A DNA stretch of 64,000 nucleotides from a virus. Positions 47,901 through 58,200 of this stretch are shown piece by piece. The DNA lies in the IMG/VR virus record IMGVR_UViG_3300032285_001029, positions 1 to 64,000 of that record; one strand, written 5' to 3'. Position 1 is the first letter of the stretch, and every line of letters begins with the position of its first letter. The translations under genes and the position numbers were made by a program. The notes beneath the pieces are model-generated. The model was not told where the DNA came from, did not search any database, and saw nothing but the letters and a program-made list of their open reading frames with translations.

Positions 47901-49143
47901 CAGATGTATCATTACCAGTACCCTTGCCCATAATTCCACGATTGCTACCGTCATTGACAATCAGATAAACCCAACATTCAACTGTAAATTGACCTGTGCC
48001 GAACTGTAGATTTCTTGCCGGATTAACATCATATACTCTATAATATGGATTACCTTCTTGATGGGGAGCTAAACTATAAGCACCATTACCAGTTAATTTT
48101 GCAGTATTGACTAGGAACGGACTATCAATGATTCGACGAATATACGTTCCGCCTCTTGTAATGGTCAATCCCTGTAATTGATTAGTTACTATAGTATCAT
48201 GATGCGGTTTCAACATGCTTATGCATAATACCGTACCTGTTAATGTCTGACTTAGTGCGGCGGTCGGTGCTGTGAATATACTAGCGCCAACAGTTACACT
48301 AGCTGTTGAATATACTGCAGTATTATTGATTCTAATATCAGTTAGTAATCCCCAGAAACCAGTGGCTGCAGTTCGATCAGCACCTATATATAATGTTTCT
48401 GTTGAAGTATAGTTACCTGAACTTGTACCTACGCCATCTAATACACCATTAATAAAGATACGAAGACCGTTAGTAGCGGTGCTACTACGAACGATAGCTA
48501 CGTGATACCATGTGTCTCTAGATAATGCAGTCGCACCCGTAGTAGTTGTATTGCCTTGTGCATCGTAGTAAAACATGAAATAACCGGAAGTTAGCCCAAT
48601 TACCCATCCATTACCAGAAGTTACGCCTGCTTGATTGCCTTTACCCATAACATAGTGTTGGGTAGCATCTTGTCGCAATCCTTTGTACCAAAATTCTATC
48701 GTGAAATTGCTAGTACCTAGGCGTAAGTTTGCAGTATCAGTTACGTTATAATAGTCGCCTTCATGAAATTTACTAGCCCAGTCTCTGTAGCGTGGACCAA
48801 AATATGTTGTACTTGGATTACGATTATTTGCTTGGGTTGCTAGATATACATCCCAGAAGTTACCTGACTGATCATGTAGTAAACTAGAGTTATACTGTGA
48901 ATCAGTTAAATGAACTAACGTCATGTTTATATACGGGTCTGTTAAACCTGTAGTCTTAGGATCCGTAACACCGCCTACTCTGTTCCACTGTGGTCTAGGA
49001 ACCTCGTATCCGTTAGTTGTATACGATACTTCTGCATCTAGTTTTGACAACATGACGTCGTCGCTGGTATATACGCCACTTCGACTGTAGCTTCTTTGAG
49101 CTAATCTTTTACCAACAACTCCACCGTTTCTTCTTGTACGCAT
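44950..49143 (-). CDS. LamG / concanavalin-A-like repeat protein, copy 2 (putative receptor binding)
   Basis: About five FT.E.W...W.H.A..R......F.NG...G...D.R units. Confidence 0.85.
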   Translation of the reverse strand: MRTRRNGGVVGKRLAQRSYSRSGVYTSDDVMLSKLDAEVSYTTNGYEVPRPQWNRVGGVTDPKTTGLTDPYINMTLVHLTDSQYNSSLLHDQSGNFWDVYLATQANNRNPSTTYFGPRYRDWASKFHEGDYYNVTDTANLRLGTSNFTIEFWYKGLRQDATQHYVMGKGNQAGVTSGNGWVIGLTSGYFMFYYDAQGNTTTTGATALSRDTWYHVAIVRSSTATNGLRIFINGVLDGVGTSSGNYTSTETLYIGADRTAATGFWGLLTDIRINNTAVYSTASVTVGASIFTAPTAALSQTLTGTVLCISMLKPHHDTIVTNQLQGLTITRGGTYIRRIIDSPFLVNTAKLTGNGAYSLAPHQEGNPYYRVYDVNPARNLQFGTGQFTVECWVYLIVNDGSNRGIMGKGTGNDTSGTGWSFWIDSSGYLRWSDVNASLNSSPNNSMTQGAWYHVAAARVNTLASGFGMWVNGAVAYTGTVSTNYNNTDYAIILNSRNAQFNSYMYYAGLRVSGTARYTPGTPFGTTVEPSSGAVTFLDTSMTVDANTWMMFGTTANNGATLPAGIFDYLIDYGTTRYVFPRRANNELRTGIGSPTHRHGHSGLMYRDSSQDKISIVDSGTNFTFGTGDFSMEFWCYNRNFNEFQYFTTTYNYLLSLRSGYTDTQFAIRQNYQGKLEVWYAGRIILLDNYTLLRHFVWTHICLQRVNGMLAFYVNGRKRSEVVFTASLAAPQNSRIVIGNDQYSGTDYSRRFNGAFCDFRVCKTTAAYGSYTASGPGTSSSNPEYFQVPTTFLPVTSSTVCLWSAQYPTYRDASPANNYIDTGGRTDGNFTSAWNPYIQSWSPYSGIPFDYNAHAYGSTSSGSEWYSTGPVQNDSVYHELSFITRLSSAWTAEMWIWSSISNPASPTETIQILYTATSAGHEGFRIIRDRSNASNSWNDVTFEFWTAHNSGVQRIYTTGYATSYWKSHCFNHIAVVWDPTRTNKIAMFINGYRVATATTLTPGQKTWQTYRLASDSRTGPARISNIARYNNDSTTYTIPTAFWAYDQYSVQLVNHHFPFADACHRWPHYSYGSAGRPNYRTKRYGANSTMTFMNYDTTVQTDYIIFTAQEYQAFRPDTRYQDFTVECWVNHMDTTAGGRAINASVGNVLWLYANNMAAQINPTGYWRFRQASGGGTGLASTNTQGYFDYNPSTYLVSTVTSKAMDYICMMRKGGIFYWFINGIYVNAFPTTRTGTYPGGQGPTTENGDLDYATADFTIGADYTQSVVTGWTGHLHDFRFTMFPRYETRAVQFDPYTITLVSSDTYIIYFTGDLTRLHPNQPISFSGGFGSVGGGTTYYIKTLDGYSMTVSASVGAAAIATGSQANLTSITGTTQSVSLAVMTHIGTDRPALPRTLFPTA

Positions 49144-49146
49144 TGT

Positions 49147-49533
49147 TTATCCTATAATATCATATGTGCAGGTAACAGTAATGGCATTATTTACTGACGA
49201 TTGTATTTGAAATGAGTCACCTTCTTGCAACCATATTTGAATGTCTCGAGCTATCAAGTTAGCTATACTACCATAAGGAATAGTCACAGTATTAAACATA
49301 GTGTAAGTCCCAGCTGTACTTAGCGGGGGTGTAGCTGAGTTGTTGGCTCGAACTAGATATATGGTTACATCTGAACTTGCTGTAGAAGTATTTGTAGCAA
49401 ACATGGAGTTTACTTTATACACTCGATTTGAGCCGGAACTATTTGAAAGAAAAGTAGCAGCACTACTAGTAGCTACTTGGGGTAGTGTTCCTGAATAAAT
49501 TATAGTGCTTAAAACTGTGTTCGGTGCTGACAT
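49147..49533 (-). CDS. Small virion adaptor protein, copy 2
   Basis: APN...LSN......KVN...N......D.T...LQEGDS; own TATAAATA at 49549-49556. Confidence 0.7.
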   Translation of the reverse strand: MSAPNTVLSTIIYSGTLPQVATSSAATFLSNSSGSNRVYKVNSMFATNTSTASSDVTIYLVRANNSATPPLSTAGTYTMFNTVTIPYGSIANLIARDIQIWLQEGDSFQIQSSVNNAITVTCTYDIIG

Positions 49534-49558
49534 GACATTTCCTAAACTTATTTATAAA

Positions 49559-52500
49559 TTAGTAACTTGGGAACAACGCGGTAGGTAATGCAAAGGTATC
49601 TGTTTGTGCATGACACATTGCACTTACTGTTTTATCTTGTGTTGTTGCTACAATCGATTGACCAGTAGTTGTACCTACCTGTACTGGAACTCCGCCTATA
49701 GTTGTAGCCACAGTTAAATTATTATCAAACACATTAGTTATGTAATATGTTGTACTACTTACAATATTACCAAAGTTACTAGCAAAAGTAACAGGTTGAG
49801 TCATTACACACAGATTATTCAAACTAGTAGTTGTTGTTATAATTGCACCACTACTGCTTGACACAGTAAATGTGATAGGAGTAAATCGCTTGGCTCTAGT
49901 TTCATAACGTGCAATTGCACTTACACGGAAATCTTGTATAAATCCTGCCCAGCTAATACCACTTTGACTGTAAGTATCATGAGCAATGTTTATAGTAGTA
50001 GTTCCTGGACTGCTGACATAGTCTGGATGACCTTGATCACCAGTTGTCTGCATACCTGTTCCGAACATGATAAATGCTTCAATACCATTGATATAAAAAT
50101 ACCATTCGCCGCCTCGACGCATTAGTACTAAATGATCAAATGTTCCACTAGTAGTAGTACTTGCATAGTATGTGCTAGGATTGTAATCATATCCAGTACT
50201 ATATGCAGAGTTACCGCTAAATGTTCCATTAGCTGGGTTAGTAGAGTTGCCGTTTAAAAATCTCCAATAGCCGCTGCTGTTAATCATAACAATAAGATTG
50301 TTACTATATTGCCACAATGCTCGACCTTGAGCACCGGTACCAGGTCCGCCAGCTGTGCTGTCCCAGTACATAGCCCAGCATTCCATAGTACAGTCGTTAA
50401 TGCGGAAGTCCATTAAATAATTGTATTGACCCCAGTGCTGTGCTAAAATGCGTTCGCATAATAGGGAAGGATTCTTTTGGCCAAATTTCATACTAGCATT
50501 GCCAAATCGCTTGTATTTGTAACTTGGAAGTACTCCATATTGCATTACACCAACTGCTGCACCTGCTTTGTTAGCAAAAGGTTCATCTACATCAATCAAT
50601 GAATAGGTATACTGATCGTAAGCCCATCGTGTAGTTGGCATTGTATAAGTGCCTGAATCGTTATTATATCGCGCAGTTGTACTAATACGTACTGGGCCTG
50701 TGCCTTGACCAGAGTGCTGCAGTCTGTAGGTATTCCACATTTTTTGCCCTTGTGTAAATGTACCACTAGTAGCAACACGGTATCCGTTAACGAATATAGC
50801 TAGCTTAGAACCTTTAGTATTATCCCAACATACAGCAATATGCCACCATGCATAGCCACTAGCGATATTACGCAGATAGTTACTGCTTGAATACATTCTC
50901 TGAACACCACTATTGTGAGCAGTCCACCATTCAAATGTAATATCACAATAGCTAGCACTGGTATTCGATTGATGAACTATGATACGCCACCCTTCGTGGC
51001 CGCCTGACGTAGCCGTATATAACGAGGCATAGTTATTACCTGGGCCTGGTGCACCAATCTGTGTCATATACACCCAGTGCCAGCATTCAATAGTCCATGG
51101 ATTATGATTAGTTAATCGCGTTATCCAGCTGTAATCGGGGTATGTACTATCACCACGCACTGGACCGTATGCATCCATTCCTCGAGCTGTATCTACAGCC
51201 TGTCCAAACATCTGCTTTGTTCTGTCCCAGTCTTGTATGCCTTGATATGGGCCATAAGAAACTGAGTAAATTTCAAAACTGTATGGGTTAGCTGGATCAT
51301 TAGGTCCACCTGGTTCTACACGTTGTTGTTGACCTGAAGCATCATAAAATCCGGAGTTTAATGCACTTATTAATAATGTACAATTACTGACAGCAGTTAA
51401 CGGATTTCTAGGAACTTCTATATAGTTAGGATTATAGTTGCCGGATGCATATGGTGCAGAACCGTTAACTACCCGAATATCGGAAAATCCGGTAGTTGCT
51501 CCACTGTCAGTTCTATGATTAGAACTATAACAGTTACCAATATAGAATCTACCAGACGGGCAAGTGATAGTTGTTGTATAAATGGTCTCTGCTCGTTTAC
51601 GACCGTTGACATAAATTGCTAGATTACCGTTTACTCGTTGAACAAGAATGTGATTCCAAATATTTGAACCGGAAAAATCTTCCCAAGTTGCTATAATAAT
51701 ATTATTGTTTCCGTGCAGTTCATAACTTTTACGAAAACTTCTTCTTAACCATAAGCCTGCATCACTATAAGCGGCCTGTGTACACCAAAGTGTTCTAAAT
51801 GTAGTATTATCCTGATCTAACCAGTGTGGCATGATCCACATTTCTACGCTAAAGTTATTAGTACTGAATGCAAAATTTGAACCATTCTGTGTAACTACTA
51901 ACTTAGTATTAGTATCTCTGTTTGGAAATGCACTGTGGCCCGTTCTACTGTAAGGATTGTAATTAGTTATAATCTCGCTACTATGTCTTACTGGGGCACA
52001 CCCCGACTGACCTGCATCTCGATAGTGCGATCCTCCATTGGCTGGATCTTGCGTACCAGTTGTTCCGATAAGATAGACGGTATTGGCATCTACAGCCATG
52101 CTACTGTCTTTAAATGTGGACAATTCAACGTTATATGGCGATCCGGAACCGCTGTAGCGACCAGTGTTACTAAGTCTTAAACCGCAAATATATCCATTCC
52201 AGTTAGAGTACTGATTATTTCTGCTATTGCCGATAACCATTGTCTCAGTTCCGGAATAGTCAGTGCTGACTGTACCTTGATAAGTTAAGTTACCATTAAC
52301 ATAAATGTAAAACTGATTAGCGGCAGTACCTACTCTACTAGCAGCAATGTGATACCACCCACCGAATCTAATAGGATTATTAGGGCTGCAATTAATTGCC
52401 TGCGAGGCATCGTCCCAACGAACATATCCGCTACTATCGACCCATAGACTCCACCCACTACCGCTGCTAGTATTACCACTACCTTTTCCAATAATTCCGT

Positions 52501-53707
52501 TATTCTGTCCCTGTTGCAATGAGCTAGTTGATCCGTACACCCAACATTCAACCGTAAATCCGCCAGTACCAAATCGTAAACTAGTATTACCAGTCTGTAC
52601 ATCCCATACCTGCATATAGGCATCTACGTTCCAGAAATTTAAGCTGTGTGCGCCGTTGCCGGTTAATAAAGTTGTTTGATTACTAACGATAGGTGTGGCA
52701 GTTCTGTCTACATACAAGAAAGGACCGTCACGATATCTGAACACATTATTGTTAGTAACAACAGTTCTATTGCCGCCTGCGTTGAATGGAATATCGTCGT
52801 GATGCGGTTTCCCACCACTTTGATAAAATACTGTGTTTGCATCTGAACCAATTGGTCCGCTTGGCATACTAACAGTGCCAGCTACACCTGTTCTAATTCT
52901 AAGATCGTATATACGTCCTTGGAAAGACACTGTAGCACCAGTTGCTGCTGATCGATCTACGCCAACATATAATGGGTTAGTATCTGCAAAGTTTTGACCC
53001 GAAGTACCGGTAATATAGTTTGCACCGCTAGTGACATTATTGCCACAATACAGTGTAGTGCCCGATCGATAAATGTGAATAAAATACCAACGATCACGTT
53101 CTAAAACGGTACCGTTAGTAGTTGTGCTTCCAGTACCGTTAGCATCAAAAAAGAATAGTTGATAAGACGTATTAATACCAATAACCCAACCGGTATTATT
53201 ACCTGCTGTTACGCCAGTACCGGATCCTTTGCCCATAACGTAATACTGATTAGCATCTTGTTTACGTAGTTTGATCCAAAAAGAAATGTCGAAGTTACCA
53301 CTGCCAAAGCGTAAGGCAGCTGCATCACTTACAGTGTAGTAACCATTTTCATAAAAATCACTACACCAGTCAGTATACCGTGGACCAAAATGTGTTGCAA
53401 TCGGCGCTCGTTGATAAGCATTGATCGTTGTATAAGTGTCCCAGTTATTACCAGACTGATCTTTTATTAAATGATTTGCAACATCCGAATCCTGTAGATG
53501 AACTCTAACAGTATTATAATAAGGATCTGTATTTCTAGCCTGAGGCCACGTCATTGGTGGAGTATACTTATGAAATGCATCAACGATCGAGCCTTCATCA
53601 AGTTTACTGCCGACTACATCATCTAGGTTATTAGTTCCAGATCTATTATAGTTCTTAAGATTTAATTTACGTCCAATCAGGCCGCTATTTCTTCTAGTTC
53701 TTGACAT
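49559..53707 (-). CDS. LamG / concanavalin-A-like repeat protein, copy 1 (putative receptor binding)
   Basis: Same repeat architecture; colinear paralog of 44950..49143. Confidence 0.85.
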   Translation of the reverse strand: MSRTRRNSGLIGRKLNLKNYNRSGTNNLDDVVGSKLDEGSIVDAFHKYTPPMTWPQARNTDPYYNTVRVHLQDSDVANHLIKDQSGNNWDTYTTINAYQRAPIATHFGPRYTDWCSDFYENGYYTVSDAAALRFGSGNFDISFWIKLRKQDANQYYVMGKGSGTGVTAGNNTGWVIGINTSYQLFFFDANGTGSTTTNGTVLERDRWYFIHIYRSGTTLYCGNNVTSGANYITGTSGQNFADTNPLYVGVDRSAATGATVSFQGRIYDLRIRTGVAGTVSMPSGPIGSDANTVFYQSGGKPHHDDIPFNAGGNRTVVTNNNVFRYRDGPFLYVDRTATPIVSNQTTLLTGNGAHSLNFWNVDAYMQVWDVQTGNTSLRFGTGGFTVECWVYGSTSSLQQGQNNGIIGKGSGNTSSGSGWSLWVDSSGYVRWDDASQAINCSPNNPIRFGGWYHIAASRVGTAANQFYIYVNGNLTYQGTVSTDYSGTETMVIGNSRNNQYSNWNGYICGLRLSNTGRYSGSGSPYNVELSTFKDSSMAVDANTVYLIGTTGTQDPANGGSHYRDAGQSGCAPVRHSSEIITNYNPYSRTGHSAFPNRDTNTKLVVTQNGSNFAFSTNNFSVEMWIMPHWLDQDNTTFRTLWCTQAAYSDAGLWLRRSFRKSYELHGNNNIIIATWEDFSGSNIWNHILVQRVNGNLAIYVNGRKRAETIYTTTITCPSGRFYIGNCYSSNHRTDSGATTGFSDIRVVNGSAPYASGNYNPNYIEVPRNPLTAVSNCTLLISALNSGFYDASGQQQRVEPGGPNDPANPYSFEIYSVSYGPYQGIQDWDRTKQMFGQAVDTARGMDAYGPVRGDSTYPDYSWITRLTNHNPWTIECWHWVYMTQIGAPGPGNNYASLYTATSGGHEGWRIIVHQSNTSASYCDITFEWWTAHNSGVQRMYSSSNYLRNIASGYAWWHIAVCWDNTKGSKLAIFVNGYRVATSGTFTQGQKMWNTYRLQHSGQGTGPVRISTTARYNNDSGTYTMPTTRWAYDQYTYSLIDVDEPFANKAGAAVGVMQYGVLPSYKYKRFGNASMKFGQKNPSLLCERILAQHWGQYNYLMDFRINDCTMECWAMYWDSTAGGPGTGAQGRALWQYSNNLIVMINSSGYWRFLNGNSTNPANGTFSGNSAYSTGYDYNPSTYYASTTTSGTFDHLVLMRRGGEWYFYINGIEAFIMFGTGMQTTGDQGHPDYVSSPGTTTINIAHDTYSQSGISWAGFIQDFRVSAIARYETRAKRFTPITFTVSSSSGAIITTTTSLNNLCVMTQPVTFASNFGNIVSSTTYYITNVFDNNLTVATTIGGVPVQVGTTTGQSIVATTQDKTVSAMCHAQTDTFALPTALFPSY

Positions 53708-53710
53708 ATA

Positions 53711-54115
53711 TTATGGTAGTGTTGTAGCTTGTGTGATAATTTCGTATGAGCAAGTAGCTTGTAGTGTACTGTTGTTGCTAGCAATTACTTGCAATGAATC
53801 GCCTTCTTGCAGATAGATCGTAGTATCTTTACCAATTAAAATCAACGTTGATTTTTCTGGAACAGTAACAGTATATGCAAGTGCATAAGTACCTGTTGTA
53901 CTAGCCGGAGGACCTGCTGTAGTAACAGTTCTTACCAAGTTTAATGTAATATCATTTGCGTATGCTGAAATGTTAGCTATCATTACCATGTTTACTTTGA
54001 CAAGATAACCCGTAGTTGAACCGTTTGATAAAAGTGTTGCACCGCCTGTTGTAGCTGCTATTGTTTGCGTACCAGCTGTGATTAGGCCAACACTAATAAT
54101 ATTTGGAGCTGCCAT
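53711..54115 (-). CDS. Small virion adaptor protein, copy 1
   Basis: Paralog of 49147..49533; TAAATA at 54139-54144. Confidence 0.7.
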   Translation of the reverse strand: MAAPNIISVGLITAGTQTIAATTGGATLLSNGSTTGYLVKVNMVMIANISAYANDITLNLVRTVTTAGPPASTTGTYALAYTVTVPEKSTLILIGKDTTIYLQEGDSLQVIASNNSTLQATCSYEIITQATTLP

Positions 54116-54141
54116 GTTTTAATTCCTTTAATCTGTAATAT

Positions 54142-54879
54142 TTATCCGCCGAAAACTAACGCCATCGCAATTGCTTTACCGATAGATGTTAATCGACTTG
54201 TATTTTCCCAAATTTGGGTACCATAAATTGCACCGTTTGCAGCAATACCTCCGCCTACCACTAACGCACCAGTTGTTGTGTTAGTTGCGGCCTTAGTACT
54301 AGCAATTGTGAAAACAGCAGCACTTGAGTTACTGCCCATGCTAATCGCAGTTGCGGCACCAAATGCATTCACAGTTGTTGCTGTTGTATTGTAAAGCGTT
54401 TGAGTTGCACTGTTACCGACTACAGTGGGATTGTTTAAAGTTAACGTACCAGAAGTTGCACCAATGTTTAGTGTAGTAGCTGCTGTAAATGCACTAATGC
54501 TAGTAGCGGTTGCAGTTAACAAATTGAAACTAGTATTACTAGTAACTAATTGATCTACGTATGCATTAACACTGCTGCTAATAATATAGTTAGTACCATC
54601 TGATGAAAATGTTATACTTGCCAAACTAGGAACAACTTGTAGAGTTGTTCCGCTGGAGCCTGGACCGACAAAAACACCGCTTGGGGTTTGGAAAGTTACG
54701 TTTCCTCCCGCCGCATTGTAAAATGTCTGCGGAATACCACTATAAAGTGCCGGACTTGGCAAATTAACTTGGTAAGGAGCCGTTCCAGATAACGTCGTTA
54801 AAAGCCCCTGTGTTGGAGCGGAAATTGTTTGCGCTCCAGAAATTGATGTTGTTCCTACAACGGTATTATATCGTGCCAT
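54142..54879 (-). CDS. Short fibre protein
   Basis: T-rich, F.AAT..I repeats, TGALVVGGG, C-terminal GKAIAMALVFGG; TAAATA at 54909-54914. Confidence 0.65.
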   Translation of the reverse strand: MARYNTVVGTTSISGAQTISAPTQGLLTTLSGTAPYQVNLPSPALYSGIPQTFYNAAGGNVTFQTPSGVFVGPGSSGTTLQVVPSLASITFSSDGTNYIISSSVNAYVDQLVTSNTSFNLLTATATSISAFTAATTLNIGATSGTLTLNNPTVVGNSATQTLYNTTATTVNAFGAATAISMGSNSSAAVFTIASTKAATNTTTGALVVGGGIAANGAIYGTQIWENTSRLTSIGKAIAMALVFGG

Positions 54880-54918
54880 AGTTTCTCTCTTTTTACACTA
54901 TCTTAAGTTATTTACCAA

Positions 54919-55260
54919 TTACGCTGTGCTGGTTTCTATACCATAGACTGTGACATTAATGCCACTAGCCACGCTGGCTTGAACCCACACGTAAGGTGCG
55001 CTGGCTGCACTGGTAACTAGACCAGTTCTTTCAAATACACCTTTGGCCTGTAATACAGTATCGTACTCGATGTATTCTGCTGTTGCTACACCGCCTGCTG
55101 TACTTGCTGTACTAATCGCCACCCTAAATGTTACGCTGCTAGTGGTAGTATTTGTTATACTAACATTGAACACAGAATAATAACCAGATGGTGATGTATA
55201 AACCAAATTGTTTGTGTTGTTTGTAGCTAAAGCTACGTTTCCTAATCTTCCTGTTGCCAT
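54919..55260 (-). CDS. Small virion adaptor protein
   Basis: MATGRLG, VYT.P, N....VTFRVA, YIEYD, ERTGLV, VYGIE; similar size and pattern to the other two adaptors. Confidence 0.65.
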   Translation of the reverse strand: MATGRLGNVALATNNTNNLVYTSPSGYYSVFNVSITNTTTSSVTFRVAISTASTAGGVATAEYIEYDTVLQAKGVFERTGLVTSAASAPYVWVQASVASGINVTVYGIETSTA

Positions 55261-55275
55261 AGTTTTATTTCTCCA

Positions 55276-58200
55276 TTATCGTTGCATAAAGAATCCCATA
55301 GCGACCGGTGCCCCGTCAATACCGCCTGTGAAATTCATCTTAGCTGTTACTTTTATTTGTCCACCAGATGTAGTACTGATGGTATTACCTGCTACATATA
55401 TAACACCTGCTGTTAACGTGTTAACATTCAATTGACTTTGACCGCCACCAATCTGCGATGTAATATAACTCTTAATTGCCTTTTGTGTTGGAACAATATT
55501 ATCACTGTTAGCAGTAAAATACGGATCTGTTGAGAACTGTGTAATTACTGCACTGGCAACGCCAACACTAACACTACCAAGTTGCAAGCTCTGTAGTCCT
55601 GATAAGTTAAACGCACTAGCGTTCAATGTAGCAGTACCTGTAGCCTGTTGTACTCCAAATAAGTTACCAACGTTGAAGTTACCATCTTGGTCAGTACTTG
55701 TAAAGAATACTCGTCCACCGACATTTGCATAAGTCTGATTTGCAGTGATAGCGGTAGTTGTATCTACATTCGGATAGTTAGTTGTTACTTGATTACCAGT
55801 TCCAATATATAAGAAATCGTGACCTGTTAATCGAACTTGACTATATTTTAATCTTGTTGTAATTGTATCACCATGCGCTGGAGCATTTGCTACACTTAAA
55901 CTTGGATTAATTTGGAATGTAGCTGTATAATTTCCTAAACTTCCTAAAAGATTTGTAACTGATACTAGTTTAAACCAAGTATTTGGAATACTAGCAAACT
56001 GCACATTTGCACCTGCAGTCGGCTGTGAATATAAACCAGATATTGATATAAACGTACTTGGTTGATACAAATCTGAATAACCGTCACCGGATACACTAGC
56101 AACTGCAGCAGTATTAGCTGTTCCTCGATTACTAAATGTTGGATTAGCTAATGCGCCGACACCCATTCTAACTCTTGTTGATGCTGTTTTAACTTTGTTA
56201 GGATCAGTTTGAGTTATAATCGGGCCTGCTCTATAACTAGCTGTCAGCCCAGTTCCTGTTGATAATGAAACTGCTGTTGCACTTCCTGCAGTTGCAGATA
56301 CTTTAAAACTTGTATTAGTAACGATAGTTGATCCAATAACATAATACGTAGTATTAGTAATTAAACCATATGAATCTAAACCAGTAAATTCAATTGGTTG
56401 AGAATCTGCTAAATTTCGTGTACTTGATGTTGTAATAACATTTGTACTGGTAGTAGTTGCTGTAATACTGCCGTAAGGATAACCAGAACCAGGTTCAATC
56501 ATTCTGATTTCAGTAATTGCTCCAGATGCAGCTTTCATTCTACCTTGTGCAGTTGCTCCAGTAAATATGCTAGTTGCCGCTGTTCCACTAGTATTTGCTA
56601 CACTTGCCCACATTGGATAATTGCTAATACTACCAAATACAATGCCTTTCCAGTTGATGCTTCCAGAAAGTGTTCTTAATGTCCAGTTAATTCCGTCTGG
56701 GCTAGTAGCACAGGTACTTGTGCCTTGGGCAATTGCTATGAACAGTCCTTGTCCATATGCAACTCTTGTCCATGTTAAACTTGATGAAAGGATACTTGTT
56801 GTTGCGCCGCTACATGATGGAGCAGCAGTCCATGTTGCGCCTGCACCGTCGATACTGTATGCAACAGCACCACTAGCAGCAAGAGCTACAAATCTTCCAT
56901 TGCCGTAAGCAATGCTGGTCCAAGTTGTACTGGTAGGCATATTTCCACCTGCAGCCCAAACACCTGCGGTATATACTGCGGTAGTCTGAGATCCAGTTGC
57001 TACAGCAACAAATATACTGTTACCAAATGCAACACCGGACCATGTGCCTGCACCTAATGATGTAATTGCTGTAGTAGTCCAAGTATTACCATTAGCTGTA
57101 ATTGATGCTGTTCCTGCACCGCCTACTGCCATCCAAACTGGACCGCCGCCTTGAACACCGAATGTAATATCTGCATAAGTTCCTGCAGGTACGTTACCTG
57201 AACCTGTTGACCAACTACTTCCTAGGTTTGCCAGTGTTTGATATGATGCTGCTGCTCCGCCGCTGGCAGGAACAGCTATGAACTTTGCATTTGTATCTAC
57301 AATAGTTACTGTAGGTTGCGATGTATAACCAGTTCCGCCGTTGTTGCCGACTGCAATACTGGCAACACCATTATTACTTAATGTAGCTGTTGCTGTTGCT
57401 TGATTGCTAGATCCACCGCCTGACACGGTAACTGTAGGTGCAGTTGTGTAATTTTTACCATAAGTGTTAACAGTAATTGATGTAATGATATCGGTTCTTG
57501 CAGCCACAGTTGGTGCTACACCGTACGAGGAACCACCGACAGTTACAGTAACTTGTGTAATTGCACCGTTAAGAACAACGGCTGTTGCTGTGGCACCCGA
57601 TCCACCGCTTACTGCTGTGAATGCGATTGACGGTGATGTTGTATAACCAGCACCGCCGTTAACAACTGTTACGCTAACAACTTGTCCTGCTGTTGCACCA
57701 CTGCCTAATACTGCTGTGAGAACAGCACCACTTCCGCCTAAACCGCCAACAACTGCGGTTGCTGTTGCGCCTTCACCGCCGCCATATTGTATACCCATCC
57801 ATGTAGTATTAGTTACTGCGCCTGCACTACCCCAAGATGTACCATTAGTACTGTATGCGGTAACTGTACCGCTAGTATTAATAGCAACGTATGCACCAGC
57901 ACCAAAAGTTACATCTGTATAAGCTGCACTTGGTACAGTTAATGCTGTACTAGTAAATCCTGGACCTGTATATGTAATACGTGGTTCAATTAAGTATGTT
58001 GTAGTTAAATCTAATGTAGCAGATATTGTAGTTCCAGGAACAACATGATCCCATCCAGCTGCATAGAATGTTACTGACTGAGCCGTAGTAGTTGTAATTG
58101 CAGTAGTTAACGCAGCACCACCACTAGTTGCAGATACATTAAATGTAGTTGCACTAGCAATTGCCTGAACATAATACACTACCCCTGCTGTTAATCCACC

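Noticed and set aside
44950-53707. Diversity-generating retroelement or invertase-driven switching of the LamG paralogs
   Set aside because: No reverse transcriptase or recombinase in the window, no near-identical TR/VR pair noticed, and the copies are direct rather than inverted
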